DNA of 64,000 bases from Octopus bimaculoides (Eukaryota), in the NCBI RefSeq assembly GCF_001194135.2, contig NC_068982.1:147169329-147233328 (forward strand), in the 5' to 3' direction. The first letter of the stretch is position 1, and the number at the start of each line of letters is the position of its first letter. A model generated the notes under the pieces. The model saw nothing but the letters and a program-made list of their open reading frames with translations. It did no database searches and was not told the DNA's origin. Shown here piece after piece: positions 50,295 to 62,170 of the stretch. The position numbers and the translations under genes were made by a program.

Positions 50295-50700
50295 AAGAGT
50301 TACTCGATTAAATCGAAGCCAGTACTTTACTGGTACCTTTCTAAATTGCTATTCAGTCACCCATAAAATAAAAGGCAAAGTCGATTACGGCGGAATTCGA
50401 ACTTAGAATGTAAAGAAACGTTATTAAAGACAGGATGGAATATTCTTCACCCTTTCTACTCAACGGTACCACTCATCGTACGTTTGGAAACAACCATAAG
50501 ACCTAATGCATGAACAGATTCGCGCAGTTAGAGGATGAGTCTTGTCGGTTAAATTTAGTACTTGAGTGGTACCTATTTACCGATACAGGAACGACGAAAC
50601 GAAACGGTGGCCTCGTTAAGTTTTGAGCTCAGAAAGTAAAAGGCGAGTGCAAATACATGTTATTTTGCCCGACATTCTAGCGTTTCTCCTTGAAATTTCT
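50295..50700 (-). mobile_element. Two further decayed family-A SINE remnants
   Basis: AAAGGCAAAGTCGATTACGGCGGAATTCGAACTTAGAATG (about 50370-50410) and a more eroded copy at about 50535-50700. Confidence 0.55.
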
Positions 50701-51382
50701 TCCATTGGCAGAAGCCCACTAATTATGTGGAAAGTTTCGTCGATTAAAATGACTCCAATATTCCACTCCTGAAAGATAAAATGTAAAAGGAATCTCTGCA
50801 AGATTAGAACACAGACTGCTAAATAAAGTGAGTTTACCCCTAGACTTTTAGTCCAGTACGCTGCCAAATTCTACCGTTCACGATCCATTTAATAGATGTC
50901 AAAATGGCAATAATTATGATGATTTCTTTATTTTGCTATAGCGGGACAAATGAGTGAAAGGATGTACAAGGTCAAGTTACAAAAATTATCGGGATTGACA
51001 CAAAACCGACCCTGAAAAACTTATACGCCAAAGTAGAAATAAGAAATGAATGGGATGTTAGTGAAGGGATGAGAGAGAAACCGTTGTTTCCGATTCGTCG
51101 TGTGTTTACTGTTAAAATATTGTACTGAACATGATCATTAAATAAGAAACGACAAAGTAACGAAAGTTCCTTTCATGTAGTGGCTTGGTTAGACAAGTTT
51201 TGTTATCACCTGGTTCTGTAATTATATGAGAATGAAGGAGAGATTTAGAATGAGAGGGAGAGAATATGAATGAAGTAATGCGAGTAGACTATGAGCTGGT
51301 CTTTGTCTCCAGCCTGTCACTGTGTTGTTCTCAGAATGTTAGCTTTCTGTAAGCTTCATAATAAATCTGATTAGACAGATTT

Positions 51383-51398
51383 GTGATGACGTCATCAC
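51383..51398. promoter_or_regulatory. Perfect 16-bp palindrome containing a full CRE/ATF-type site
   Basis: GTGATGACGTCATCAC; core ATGACGTCAT; lies in unique-looking sequence. Confidence 0.4.
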
Positions 51399-53107
51399 TC
51401 ACAAGTTCAGCAATTGTTTCCATTGAATATCTTTATCAAATCTAAGTATAGACCTGTTACATATCTATTTGTATAAAGCTGCTTTATATCTATTTGAACA
51501 ATAGGTTATTGTACAATAATAATATCTGTTATCTGTCACTGATAAACATAATTCAACAATAGTTTACCGATGACACATTAATTTATCAAAATTCAGATAT
51601 ATGCTCCATTCACATTGGAACTTCGAACTATAAAGATCTATTAGCATCGGCCAGCATCATACTGAAATTGCGACTACGGAGGCCTAGAAATTTTGAAGCA
51701 AATTTTAGGCATCTTATGTAATTTCAAATAAACTGAAAGAATTTATACGATAATAGGACAAAACCCTTGATAAAATAATGGAACTAAAACACAATCACAA
51801 ACAAAATACATTCATATATACACAGATATACGCAATAGATACCAAAAATTTTATTATGCATTTTTATTGTTGATTTTTAAGAATACTTGATCAGATCACA
51901 GTATTTTTGTTGATTTAGTATTCGTTCATTCACAATGAATAAAATTTTATGTTTATCGATATTTTTTCTTTAGAGCTGATATTAATATATGTAATAATAT
52001 TTGAAATGTACGTAATCAGGATTTGTGTGAATGTGTATAAGTATAATTATGTAAAAATGCATTGTTTTCTTTTATTATATATTACATACGCTTTTATATA
52101 TATTGAAATAGTTTCTTGTCAGGTATAAAAAATACATACATAGTTGAAATTTATTTAAATTAATTTTCATTGCTGCTTTGTCAGTTATTTTATGTCTTCA
52201 TATGACAAATATTAAAAAACTTATACGATCTCTACATTCAAGCACATAAATTATTCATAAATATAGGGTTTATGGAAAATAACAAAAGTGTATTGTGGTG
52301 AAGTTTCAAAAAATATATTTTACATTAAATTAGTAAACTACATTCCTTAATTCTATTTTAATAATTAGTTGAAAATCATCATAAAGATAATTATAGATAA
52401 CAACGCTATATAAATTCTGAAGCAACAACCTGCCATTTAAAATGTTATATCAAATGAAATTTAGAATGAAACTTCCATCTATAGAATTATTTCAGACAGA
52501 GGATTTAAAAGGGTTTACAAATAACGTCATCTGGTATAGGTTTCTATGGTATATTTTATAAGTTTATATAAGTTTTAGTTTAACATATGATAAGTTGTAA
52601 CTAAAATATATTATACATATATTAAAATGAAAACCGATTTTGTCACAGAATGTAATATATGTATACATGTGTTTGTGTGTTGGGGTTGTTTAACGTAAAC
52701 ACTCTGAACTATCAAGAAGTCGCCAGTCAAATAGAAGTGTTCAAATCTTATCAGATAATTGCTTTTGAACGTATTTATTTATGATTGGAATTAATACCCA
52801 AACGTGCAAACATATGTAAATGCTTGTATGTATTCTTTCTTTAATATTGATTAATCTTCAAGAATGCAACTCTGTTTAATTGCGTAATATATTGAGCACT
52901 AATTAATCTGTTGGTAATATGTTCTCTAGATGACCGAGTAAATTTAAAGGGGATTATTCTCACGATTCACGAAAATAGGCAAACATCTGAGAAGATAACA
53001 AATTCACACTGATATAAATTTTTTTGGTGGGGTTTATTTTGTAAGTTTTTGCCCATTGATATATGAAAAAAATATCGCTATGAATCTGTAGAATAAGAGA
53101 GTCGTAC

Positions 53108-53241
<134 letters not shown>

Positions 53242-53436
53242 CAGATGCATGTATATATATATATATTAATAATGATAATAATAATATGACAACAAAAAAT
53301 GAGAGCTCGATATTAGGTAAATAGGGGAAATTATATATGTATGGTATAGGACAACATACTGATTGTCCTATACTGTACATAATATATATATATATATATA
53401 TAACAAAGTAAGGTTGAGGGTACCGCACAAGTAAAA

Positions 53437-53774
53437 ATATAAGGAAAAGAATCTGAAAAGGCAGGAGTCTTTTAAAAGTATTTATTAACTTAACCGGTTT
53501 CACTTATTTAAAAAGATCTTCAGAAATAAAGTATGAGGCTTTGTGTATCCTCTGTGGTGTCCAAAATTAATTTACATAAATGTATTTAAATAAAGTTTGA
53601 GGCTTTGTGTATACGCAAAGCCACGAACTTTTCCTTATCATTGTCAAAGACTCTATCACTTGATTTGAATACATTTATATAAATTAATTTTTGACATCAC
53701 AGAGAATACACAAAAGTTCACACTTTACTTTTGAAAATGTTTTTGAATAAGTGAAACCAGTCTTTTCCTTATAT
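53437..53774. mobile_element. Fold-back element with about 110-bp imperfect inverted arms
   Basis: 53494-53591 is complementary to about 53663-53760; outer ATATAAGGAAAAGA / TCTTTTCCTTATAT; about 40-nt insertion in the left arm; central hairpin GGCTTTGTGT-AT-ACGCAAAGCC (53601-53622). Confidence 0.8.
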
Positions 53775-53830
53775 GTGTGCGTGTGTGTTTATATCTATGT
53801 TTTTACACATATAGATATATATATACAGTA

Positions 53831-53886
53831 TTCCACTGACGAGGCAAAGTATTTCTTATGCAAAGCCAGAAATCCGGGATCTGGAA
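53831..53886 (+). ncRNA. Type-I hammerhead-ribozyme-like motif, near canonical
   Basis: Stem I TTCCA/TGGAA; CTGACGA (53836-42); stem II GGC/GCC; one extra A; GAAA (53869-72); short quasi-palindromic stem III A-TC-cgg-GA-T; cleavage triplet ATC (C at 53881). Confidence 0.6.
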
Positions 53887-54157
53887 TTATCCAATAATTT
53901 TTTGCTAGTTTATTTTGTCGCTTTTGTTTTCTCTCCTGGTGCTGTATGAAGATTTAATGTGGTTGTAGAGTCAAGTTTTGGCTGCTATATCTACGATGGT
54001 GGTATGTTTTAGATACCCTTAATTATAATTTTAATAATAATTATTACCTATCAGGTCTTTATTCCCATGCAAGCCACTTGATATGATCGGCGTTTTAAAT
54101 AACGATCTTATTCTTCTATATAAATTTAGATACATATATTATATATAGCTACATATA

Positions 54158-54430
54158 GGGAGAATTCACAAAAAAAAAGACGAAGACAGGTGGTGCAGAC
54201 AACAAACAGATATATTAGTTTAATGGTCGGGAAGTAAAAGAGTCTTTAAAGTTTCGAGCCTATGCTCTTTCACAGAAAGGAACGCAAAAAGAAACAAGGA
54301 GAGAAAATACAGAATGTGTAGTGGCTAGCGATCTATCATGGTGAATGCCGGACAGAGGGGTCACACAGGAAAACTAGGAAGATGGGGAGATAATGAAATA
54401 GTGGTGATCCCAAAATGAAGGTGCACGTGC
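54158..54430 (-). mobile_element. Penelope-like element terminal (pseudo-LTR) region, probably extending to about 55200
   Basis: Non-coding segment carrying a minimal hammerhead-like motif of the PLE type; boundaries approximate. Confidence 0.5.
54244..54279 (-). ncRNA. Degenerate minimal hammerhead-like motif
   Basis: Minus strand CTTT-CTGTGAA-A-GAGC-atag-GCTC-GAAA-CTTT-AAAG: stems I and II intact; core and the expected GT of the cleavage site mutated. Confidence 0.45.
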
Positions 54431-54700
54431 ATGTGTATAAGAGAGCATGTATATGCGTGTGGAAGAGGGCTGGTGACCTTGACATGTGCAGGTGTGTAGG
54501 TGTAGGTGTGTGTATGTGTACGCGTGTGGATGATGGTGTGGGGCTGGGAAGTGGTCAGTGCTAGTGTGTGTGTGGTAGTGTGATATGATGTGATGTGGTG
54601 TTGTGTGGTGTGGTGTGGTGGTGTGTGGTGTGACACACATTCACATATAGGTGTGTATGTAAATGTGTGTGTATATATGTGTGTGTATATATATATATAC

Positions 54701-54733
<33 letters not shown>

Positions 54734-55526
54734 AAGAAAGAGAGAGAGAAAGAAGGAGAGAGAAAGAAAGAGAGAGAGAAAGATAGAGAGAAAGTGAGAT
54801 AAATAGAAAGAGAGAGAGAGAGAGGCATTCCCAAAAGTGCTCACATGCACGACACCCCCCACACACACACTCATACGGCAACATAAATGCACAAACGTGT
54901 ACACAAGCGCATACAAATAGCAAATACAGACACTAATATATATTAACCAAAATTCCCATACAAACATAAACATGCAAATCGCACTTGTAGAAAGAAACAC
55001 ATTCACACATAATTCTATACTTACATAACTAACTAGAAATAGCAGCCAAATCTTGCTCAGATTACACATGACTATTTTCGAAGGAAAAAAGACAGGAAAA
55101 CACGTGTACGTATTCCATCGTACACTAACCCTCAAATAATGATGGATAGATCATTATTTTAAATATAAGACCACTTGTCCTGGATTGATCTGCAATAAAA
55201 CACAAGTAACAGCAACAACATCACCAACAGCGACAACACACATACACACGTACTTTCACACACAAAATAGATGAAAGGACAATAGCAAGACAACACTGAT
55301 AAAGATTTCAGAATGATTTGGGGACACAGAGATTTTACGAGGATATTTGTGGAAATATATTTCCTTTACCACCGCTGGTGTCAGTGTACTGAGAATTCTT
55401 CATCTTTGGAATTCTAACACTTCCGGGGCTTATTTTATAGTTTTTGTTGTGGGTCACATTTTATACTGGTCAACTTGAATGCCTCTACTGTTCGGCTTAG
55501 ACTTGAGCTTGAAACGTATATATGTA

Positions 55527-55730
55527 TTCTTTCTTTTATTCTTTACTTGCTTCAGTCTTTTGAATGCGGTCATGCTAGAGCACCGCCTTTAGTCGAACAA
55601 ATTGACCCCCAGGTCAAGTTACGGGGACGTAAACACATCAGCATCGGTGGTCAAGCGATGTTGGGGGGGGGGGGACAAACACGCATACACACACACACAC
55701 ACACATACACACATATATGTTTGTATGTAT
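55527..55730 (-). mobile_element. Family-B SINE 3' part with internal deletion
   Basis: GCACCGCCTTTAGTCGAACAAATTGACCCC joined directly to AAGTTACGGGGACGTAAACACATCAGCATCGG. Confidence 0.85.
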
Positions 55731-56829
55731 GTATACGTTATATATTTACACATATATGTATACATATATACAAATGTATTCATACATAAACATGTGTGTG
55801 CGTATACATACATACATACATACATACATACATACATACATACATACATACATACCTACATACATACATACTTACATACAGGCATACATACATATAATTC
55901 TCATGTTTCTAGAATGTCACATGTTTCTCAGACCGTAAATACGCTGGTACCTTTTTTTTTTTCATTTTTTCACATTTTGTATTCATGTTGCAAACTATAG
56001 AATATCGAATATAACAACAAAACAGGGCTGCAGCAATTTATTCCAAGTAATTTTCAGCAGATCACTTTTCTTTAACAAATCGTTGGACTTTCTTTATTTT
56101 TCTTTCTGCTTTCCAATTATTACCATTGATTGCTCAGGTTCATTTCTCTTCCTCTTTTTTCCCAAACTTTGCTTATGATTTATGTATTCCGTTTTAGCTT
56201 ACATGTTTATTTCTTTATTGCTATTCAGTTTTATAGTAACATTTTTCATGGGTAAAGCATATATAGACACCTGATATGGACATATATAGATATATAGAGG
56301 CACCTACAATATTACTGCCGAATGTAACATTTTAACTTATGTATATCATCTTTCTCTGAAATCACTTTGCCTGAAAGAGTATCGTAAATAAAACTGATAC
56401 TGTTTTTGTTGTTGCCGTTGTTGTTGTTGCTGTTGCTGCTGCTGTTGTTGTTCTTGTTGGTGTTGTTGCTGCTGCGACCGTATCTCTTAGTATCTGTATT
56501 GTATTTCTAGACGAAACATGTTCGGCTTTGTTCTGTTTACTCCTAAAACTATATTGACTTGTAACATAGGCGCAATGCCATGCGCTTTGGGGAGTTAGAT
56601 GCCATTCTGTCGTTACGGGATACTTGACTCTTTCTTACTTCATTGTCTGAGAAATTCGGAACCAGTGTCTATTTAACTGCAAATTCTGTGACACTGTCCC
56701 AATTTTGTTATCTGCTGTACATTCTGGTAAATATTTCAGATACAACGTAGAAAAGATAGTTATGAGGAAATCAAAAAGTCGTCACAGACTTAATGACAGA
56801 GTACTCAACGATAGAGAGGAAAAAGAGTG

Positions 56830-57002
56830 TAGGCGCAGGAGTGGCTGTGTGGTAAGTAGCTTGCCTACTAACCACATGGTTCCGGGTTTAGTCCCACTGC
56901 ATGGTACCTTGGGCAAGTGTCTTCTACTATAGCCTCGGGCCGACCAAAGCCCTGTGAGTGGATTTGGTAGACGGAAACTGAAAGAATCCCGTCGTATATA
57001 TG

Positions 57003-57059
<57 letters not shown>

Positions 57060-57312
57060 GTGTCTGTGTTTGTCCCCCTAGCATTGCTTGAAAACCGATG
57101 CTGTTGTGTTTATGTCCCCGTCACTTAGCGGTTCGGCAAAAAGACCAATAGAATAAGTACTAGGCTTACAAGGAATAAGTCCCGGGGTCGATTTGCTNNN
57201 NNNNNNNTTACAAGGAATAAGTCCCGGGGTCGATTTGCTCGACTAAAGGCGGTGCTCCAGCATGGCCGCAGTCAAATGACTGAAACAAGTAAAAGACTAA
57301 AAAGAGTAAAGA
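56830..57312 (+). mobile_element. Family-B SINE, full length, young (contains a 10-N gap with duplicated flanks)
   Basis: Close match to 47138-47541; tail AAGTAAAAGACTAAAAAGAGTAAAG. Confidence 0.93.
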
Positions 57313-57722
57313 GAGCATAATGATTTCTGTGTCAAGCAATAAGCAGATTTTGAAGTTGCATTCTCATAAGTATAAATGAAATGAATTATGTTCAACCGTT
57401 TTACGTTCAACAGATAATTTCAAACCTCACAGCACTTGCCCGTTTTTTTTCCAAACAATTGTTGTAGTTGATTCACAGAATCAATTGAAAGTGCCTCAAT
57501 ATACTGTAAACTGAGCTCTATCTAGCTTCATCTGGAGTGCGCAAGTTGATGAATTCTGTCGAGTAAGCTCCTTCCCATACATGTTCGTGAAAAAACAGGT
57601 AATACTAAGTAAGGATGAGCGTGAAAGTGAGAGTTCAGTGCTTCCCTAATGACCAGCTTGCGTTTACTCCGGTAACCAGTGGTTATCGTTGGCGTAGACC
57701 TCTACGTCGATAGGTAACTTAC

Positions 57723-57828
57723 AAATCCCGTCTTCTTTGAAATACAGGATACTGTTATTCTGGTATTCCGTGGTTGCTTCGCCTTGGTCGGTATTACCAA
57801 TGTGCCAATCAGTATTCTGTTGCAAGTC
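57723..57828 (-). other. Candidate 106-nt exon or decayed retroelement coding fragment
   Basis: Minus strand TTTAACTGCAG|GACTTG...GGGATTT|GTAAGT; two open frames, e.g. DLQQNTDWHIGNTDQGEATTEYQNNSILYFKEDGI. Confidence 0.25.
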
Positions 57829-60359
57829 CTGCAGTTAAAGATCGCACTAAACCAAATTTTACCAACGTTGACTAAATTTCCCGTGTAATTTCATCAGTGA
57901 ATACTCTGGCTGGATCTGGTCCAAATCAAGCTGAGTGTACATTGACACAAAAGCAAATAAATTATAACAGAGATGTGATGACTTCTTTCGCTGCCGTTTC
58001 TATAAACCCGGTTTCAATCGCTAATATGAATTTTCTAGGTTAGAGGAAGTAATCGATCCTCAGCAAATCACATTCATATGAAGCTTATCCTAAGATTAAA
58101 AAAGTAAATTTCGTACGTATTTTTAAATGAATTCCGATTGAAAGTTTGAATTATTTTGTGCTATTATACAGAATAGTGCTAAACGACCAAAAATAGCATT
58201 ATAACGATATCAAATTTCTATCGTCATCAAAGTGTACTTATCTGAGAAATATATTTCCCAGCATCATAAACCTTACTTGAAAAACAAAAAGAATAAATAA
58301 AAAACAAAACAAAAAGAAAAGCGCAGCCATCTGTAAGCTGTTAAAAAGGGCAAAGAACTCTTTCAACCCATCTAATTGTCAGGAAGCAATGAGTATGTCG
58401 AGTGTTCACGGACGAAAATCACCAAAACATATCATTCGGCCTTAATTCTTGGCTTATATATCACCGACATTTAGCGTGATAGTTGGGAATATTTATGGCT
58501 GGAAGTGAGTTATGCTATAAACCATCAGCAACTTCTTTGAAACAGTGTACCAGTGATGAAGGGCTTATCGTATTGCCCGCTATCTCTGACTTACTCGATG
58601 ATCTATTCTTGTCTCACATAGACAGCCTCTACATTACTCCCCGTATTACTTTAAATGTGTAGCTAACTTTTGCGTTAAACACTTAGTCTTTTTTTCCTGC
58701 TTCCTCTCTTTCTTTGTCTCCCTCTCTATAGATCTAGCTATCTCTCTCCCTCTCTCTCTAGAGGAGGAGGAGGAGGAGGANNNNNNNNNNNNNNNNNNNN
58801 NNNNNNNNNNNNNNNNNNNNNNNNNNNNNNNNNNNNNNNNNNNNNNNNNNNNNNNNNNNNNNNNNNNNNNNNNNNNNNNNNNNNNNNNNNNNNNNNNNNN
58901 NNNNNNNNNNNNNNNNNNNNNNNNNNNNNNNNNNNNNNNNNNNNNNNNNNNNNNNNNNNNNNNNNNNNNNNNNNNNNNNNNNNNNNNNNNNNNNNNNNNN
59001 NNNNNNNNNNNNNNNNNNNNNNNNNNNNNNNNNNNNNNNNNNNNNNNNNNNNNNNNNNNNNNNNNNNNNNNNNNNNNNNNNNNNNNNNNNNNNNNNNNNN
59101 NNNNNNNNNNNNNNNNNNNNNNNNNNNNNNNNNNNNNNNNNNNNNNNNNNNNNNNNNNNNNNNNNNNNNNNNNNNNNNNNNNNNNNNNNNNNNNNNNNNN
59201 NNNNNNNNNNNNNNNNNNNNNNNNNNNNNNNNNNNNNNNNNNNNNNNNNNNNNNTATATATATATATATATATATATATCATATATATATATATATGCAC
59301 ACACACACACACACACATACACAACAGAAGCGGAAATATAACATGAATTCAAACAAATAAGACAAGGTCTTTTAAACTGAATGTTAATACTCATTTTTTT
59401 AATTCATTAATATTTGACTTTAGCTGGGGAAACCAACAAAAACCTAGCGGCTAATATTTGTGACTCTCAAAAAAGGGGAGATAAATTCAAGAAATAAAAA
59501 AAATAATTACACATAATTACTATACATTCAAAGAGGAGAACACTGATCTGTGTTAACAGGCGTTATTTACAGCTACAATAATAATAACAATCTTCAACGA
59601 GAAACCTTTGTCAATCTCCACATAGGTTATTCAATGAACAAATAATTTTGCACAAACGGTAAAGGAATTAAGAATGTTTTTACCATAAGTAATTAACATA
59701 ATTATAAATCAAAGCGAATTTAGAGAAATAACTTAATTAGTTTAATTGCATAAATTTTAACAGCCTCTGTTTCTCGGAGCTGGCTCTTTTCGCTACTCTT
59801 CCACTTAGATATTCCTAACCCACACGTCTATCCTGAACTTCCTACTCAGAACATCTTTCTTCTAGAATCCACTCTCATGTCTATTTTGCAAGGTTCATGA
59901 GCTTTATTCCTTTTCCCTGACACAGCAAGTAAAATATGATTAAGATTAAAAAGCTTGAGTAATTAGCGGAAGAAAATTTCTAGCGATTCTCGAATATGTG
60001 GGGTTATAATTTCAAGATATTATATAGAATTGTGTGGAAAATTAGAAATGTTTAAAGCTTAAATTATTTAAATACTCCATATGCAATTAAATTATAATGG
60101 AAAATAGTTCTAGCCTCAGCTATGAAGAATATTGGAGCTGGAAACCACAGTCCTGATTTATGCCGCATGAGACACTTGAGCTAAGATAATGTGGTTTGGT
60201 TTTTATTTCAGATGATATGTGAATTATAATGAAATCAGTTATCTTAATGCAGTAATAAATTCTTACGGATCATAACACACATACACATACACACACATAC
60301 AAACACATACACAGACAGACAGACAGACATACAGACAGACAGACAGACAGACAGACAGG

Positions 60360-60398
<39 letters not shown>

Positions 60399-60937
60399 TA
60401 GTCCGCAATGACGACACTTTAAGTATCTTTACGCAAAAAAATCCATTGCGAAAATTTTATTCTAGACAACAAAATCTAGCAACGAACACTATTCGCATTC
60501 CAAACTGCAGATAAATGCTAAAAAAAAAATGTACGCATCATTATTTTCAACTTTGCAGCTTTGTGAGTTTATAAGGAATTATTTTACCCGTGATAAGCTT
60601 CGACACACAATAGCAAATGATTTTTTTTTTTTTTTGTTTCTTTAGAAGATGAGTTCCAATTTAGCTCCAAATGGTAGCCATTACTGAGAGGGATAAGTGA
60701 TGCCGAATTACTGAGTTTCGTTGACTGCTGATATCACAAATTCGACAAAGAGAGATTTATTCTCTGTGACAAAATTCCGCAGCGAATGCTATGCCTTTTT
60801 AATGACTTACTCTATGATTTGTATTTATATATCTACACGTTTCTAGAAATATATATATATAGATATATTATTCTTATACAGGCTTATATTTCTCCGTTGA
60901 AACAGTTTGAAATTAAATGCATGATTCATAGTGTGTG

Positions 60938-60979
<42 letters not shown>

Positions 60980-61118
60980 CGCGCGCACGTACGTATGTGT
61001 GTGTTAAAGACTAATGAAAACTCTCGGGGATACCTAAGGTTACAGACGGTAGCCCGCTACCCACAAATCCCAACAGAATAAGACCGAAACTCAGCCAAAC
61101 CAACATAATACTACCAAC

Positions 61119-61183
<65 letters not shown>

Positions 61184-61198
61184 TATAATAATAATAAA

Positions 61199-61728
61199 TG
61201 CCCCTATGCAGTACCAGGCAGTGGCTTTCATGGCTTGATTGGAAGTGTTATCATGTACATTGTTTTGTCTTGGTATAAAAGATAGGCTACATCAAATATT
61301 CTGCTTAGTACCACAAATTTTCTTGTCAGTTGTTTGACCTTAGCCAGTTGAGCATGTTCCTTGGTGGCTGACGATATGTGCATGTCTGATCATGGGCAGA
61401 AGTAGTGGGGGAGCATCATAGCCATGTGTCGAGAGGAATTCTTTGGGATTTGAATAATTCACCTTTGGAAACATGGGTGTTTTTCTCAACATCCTTAAAC
61501 AAACTGAGCGGGATGGGCTACTCGACCTGAAGAAAACTATAACTGGGCCCCACCTGCGAGGTCATGCGCTGTTTATTTTGATATGAGATCACCATGTCGC
61601 GCACATATGGTTGTGATGCATGTGCCTGGTGTACCCTTATCAGACGGATAGTCATGATGGGTATATTGGGCTTCGTATATTTTACCCCATTGTCACTTTG
61701 ATGGCATGCACTGCTCTCTCACTCACTC
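61199..61728. mobile_element. About 530-bp non-coding element embedded in (AAT)n tracts
   Basis: Higher-GC block with sharp boundaries, flanked on both sides by (AAT)n (about 61110-61198 and 61729-61779); no long ORF, no TIR, no tRNA boxes seen. Confidence 0.55.
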
Positions 61729-61777
<49 letters not shown>

Positions 61778-61779
<2 letters not shown>

Positions 61780-61988
61780 CCTTTCTACTAAAGACACAAA
61801 GCCTGAAATTTTGCGGGAGGGGACTAATCGATTATATCGACCCAGTGTTTCGCTGGTATTTAACTTGTCGTCCCCGAAAGAATGAAAGGCAAAGTCGACC
61901 TCGGCAGAATTTGAACTCAAAACGTAAATGCGAATGAAATGCCTTTGAGAATCTTGTCCAGCGTGCTAACGATTCTGCTTACCTCCTT
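61778..61988 (-). mobile_element. Family-A SINE, full length
   Basis: GAATGAAAGGCAAAGTCGACCTCGGCAGAATTTGAACTC core and B-box, plus head. Confidence 0.88.
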
Positions 61989-61989
61989 A

Positions 61990-61991
<2 letters not shown>

Positions 61992-62057
<66 letters not shown>

Positions 62058-62088
62058 AATAATATTAATAATAATAATAATAATAATA

Positions 62089-62149
<61 letters not shown>

Positions 62150-62170
62150 TAATAATAATAATAATAATAT
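61992..62170. repeat. (ATT)n directly followed by (AAT)n, an AT-rich quasi-palindrome
   Basis: Polarity switches at 62054/62055 with no spacer. Confidence 0.9.

Noticed and set aside
57168-57240. 32-bp direct repeat flanking a 10-N gap inside a SINE
   Set aside because: Identical sequence on both sides of a placeholder gap indicates overlapping contig ends, an assembly artefact.
57985-58055. Minus-strand CTGAGGA...GAAACCGGGT hammerhead-like string
   Set aside because: Stem II does not close on GAAA and stem I is absent.
58552-58590. GTGATGA-A-GGGC..GCCC-GCTA hammerhead-like string
   Set aside because: Three core mismatches and no stem I or III.
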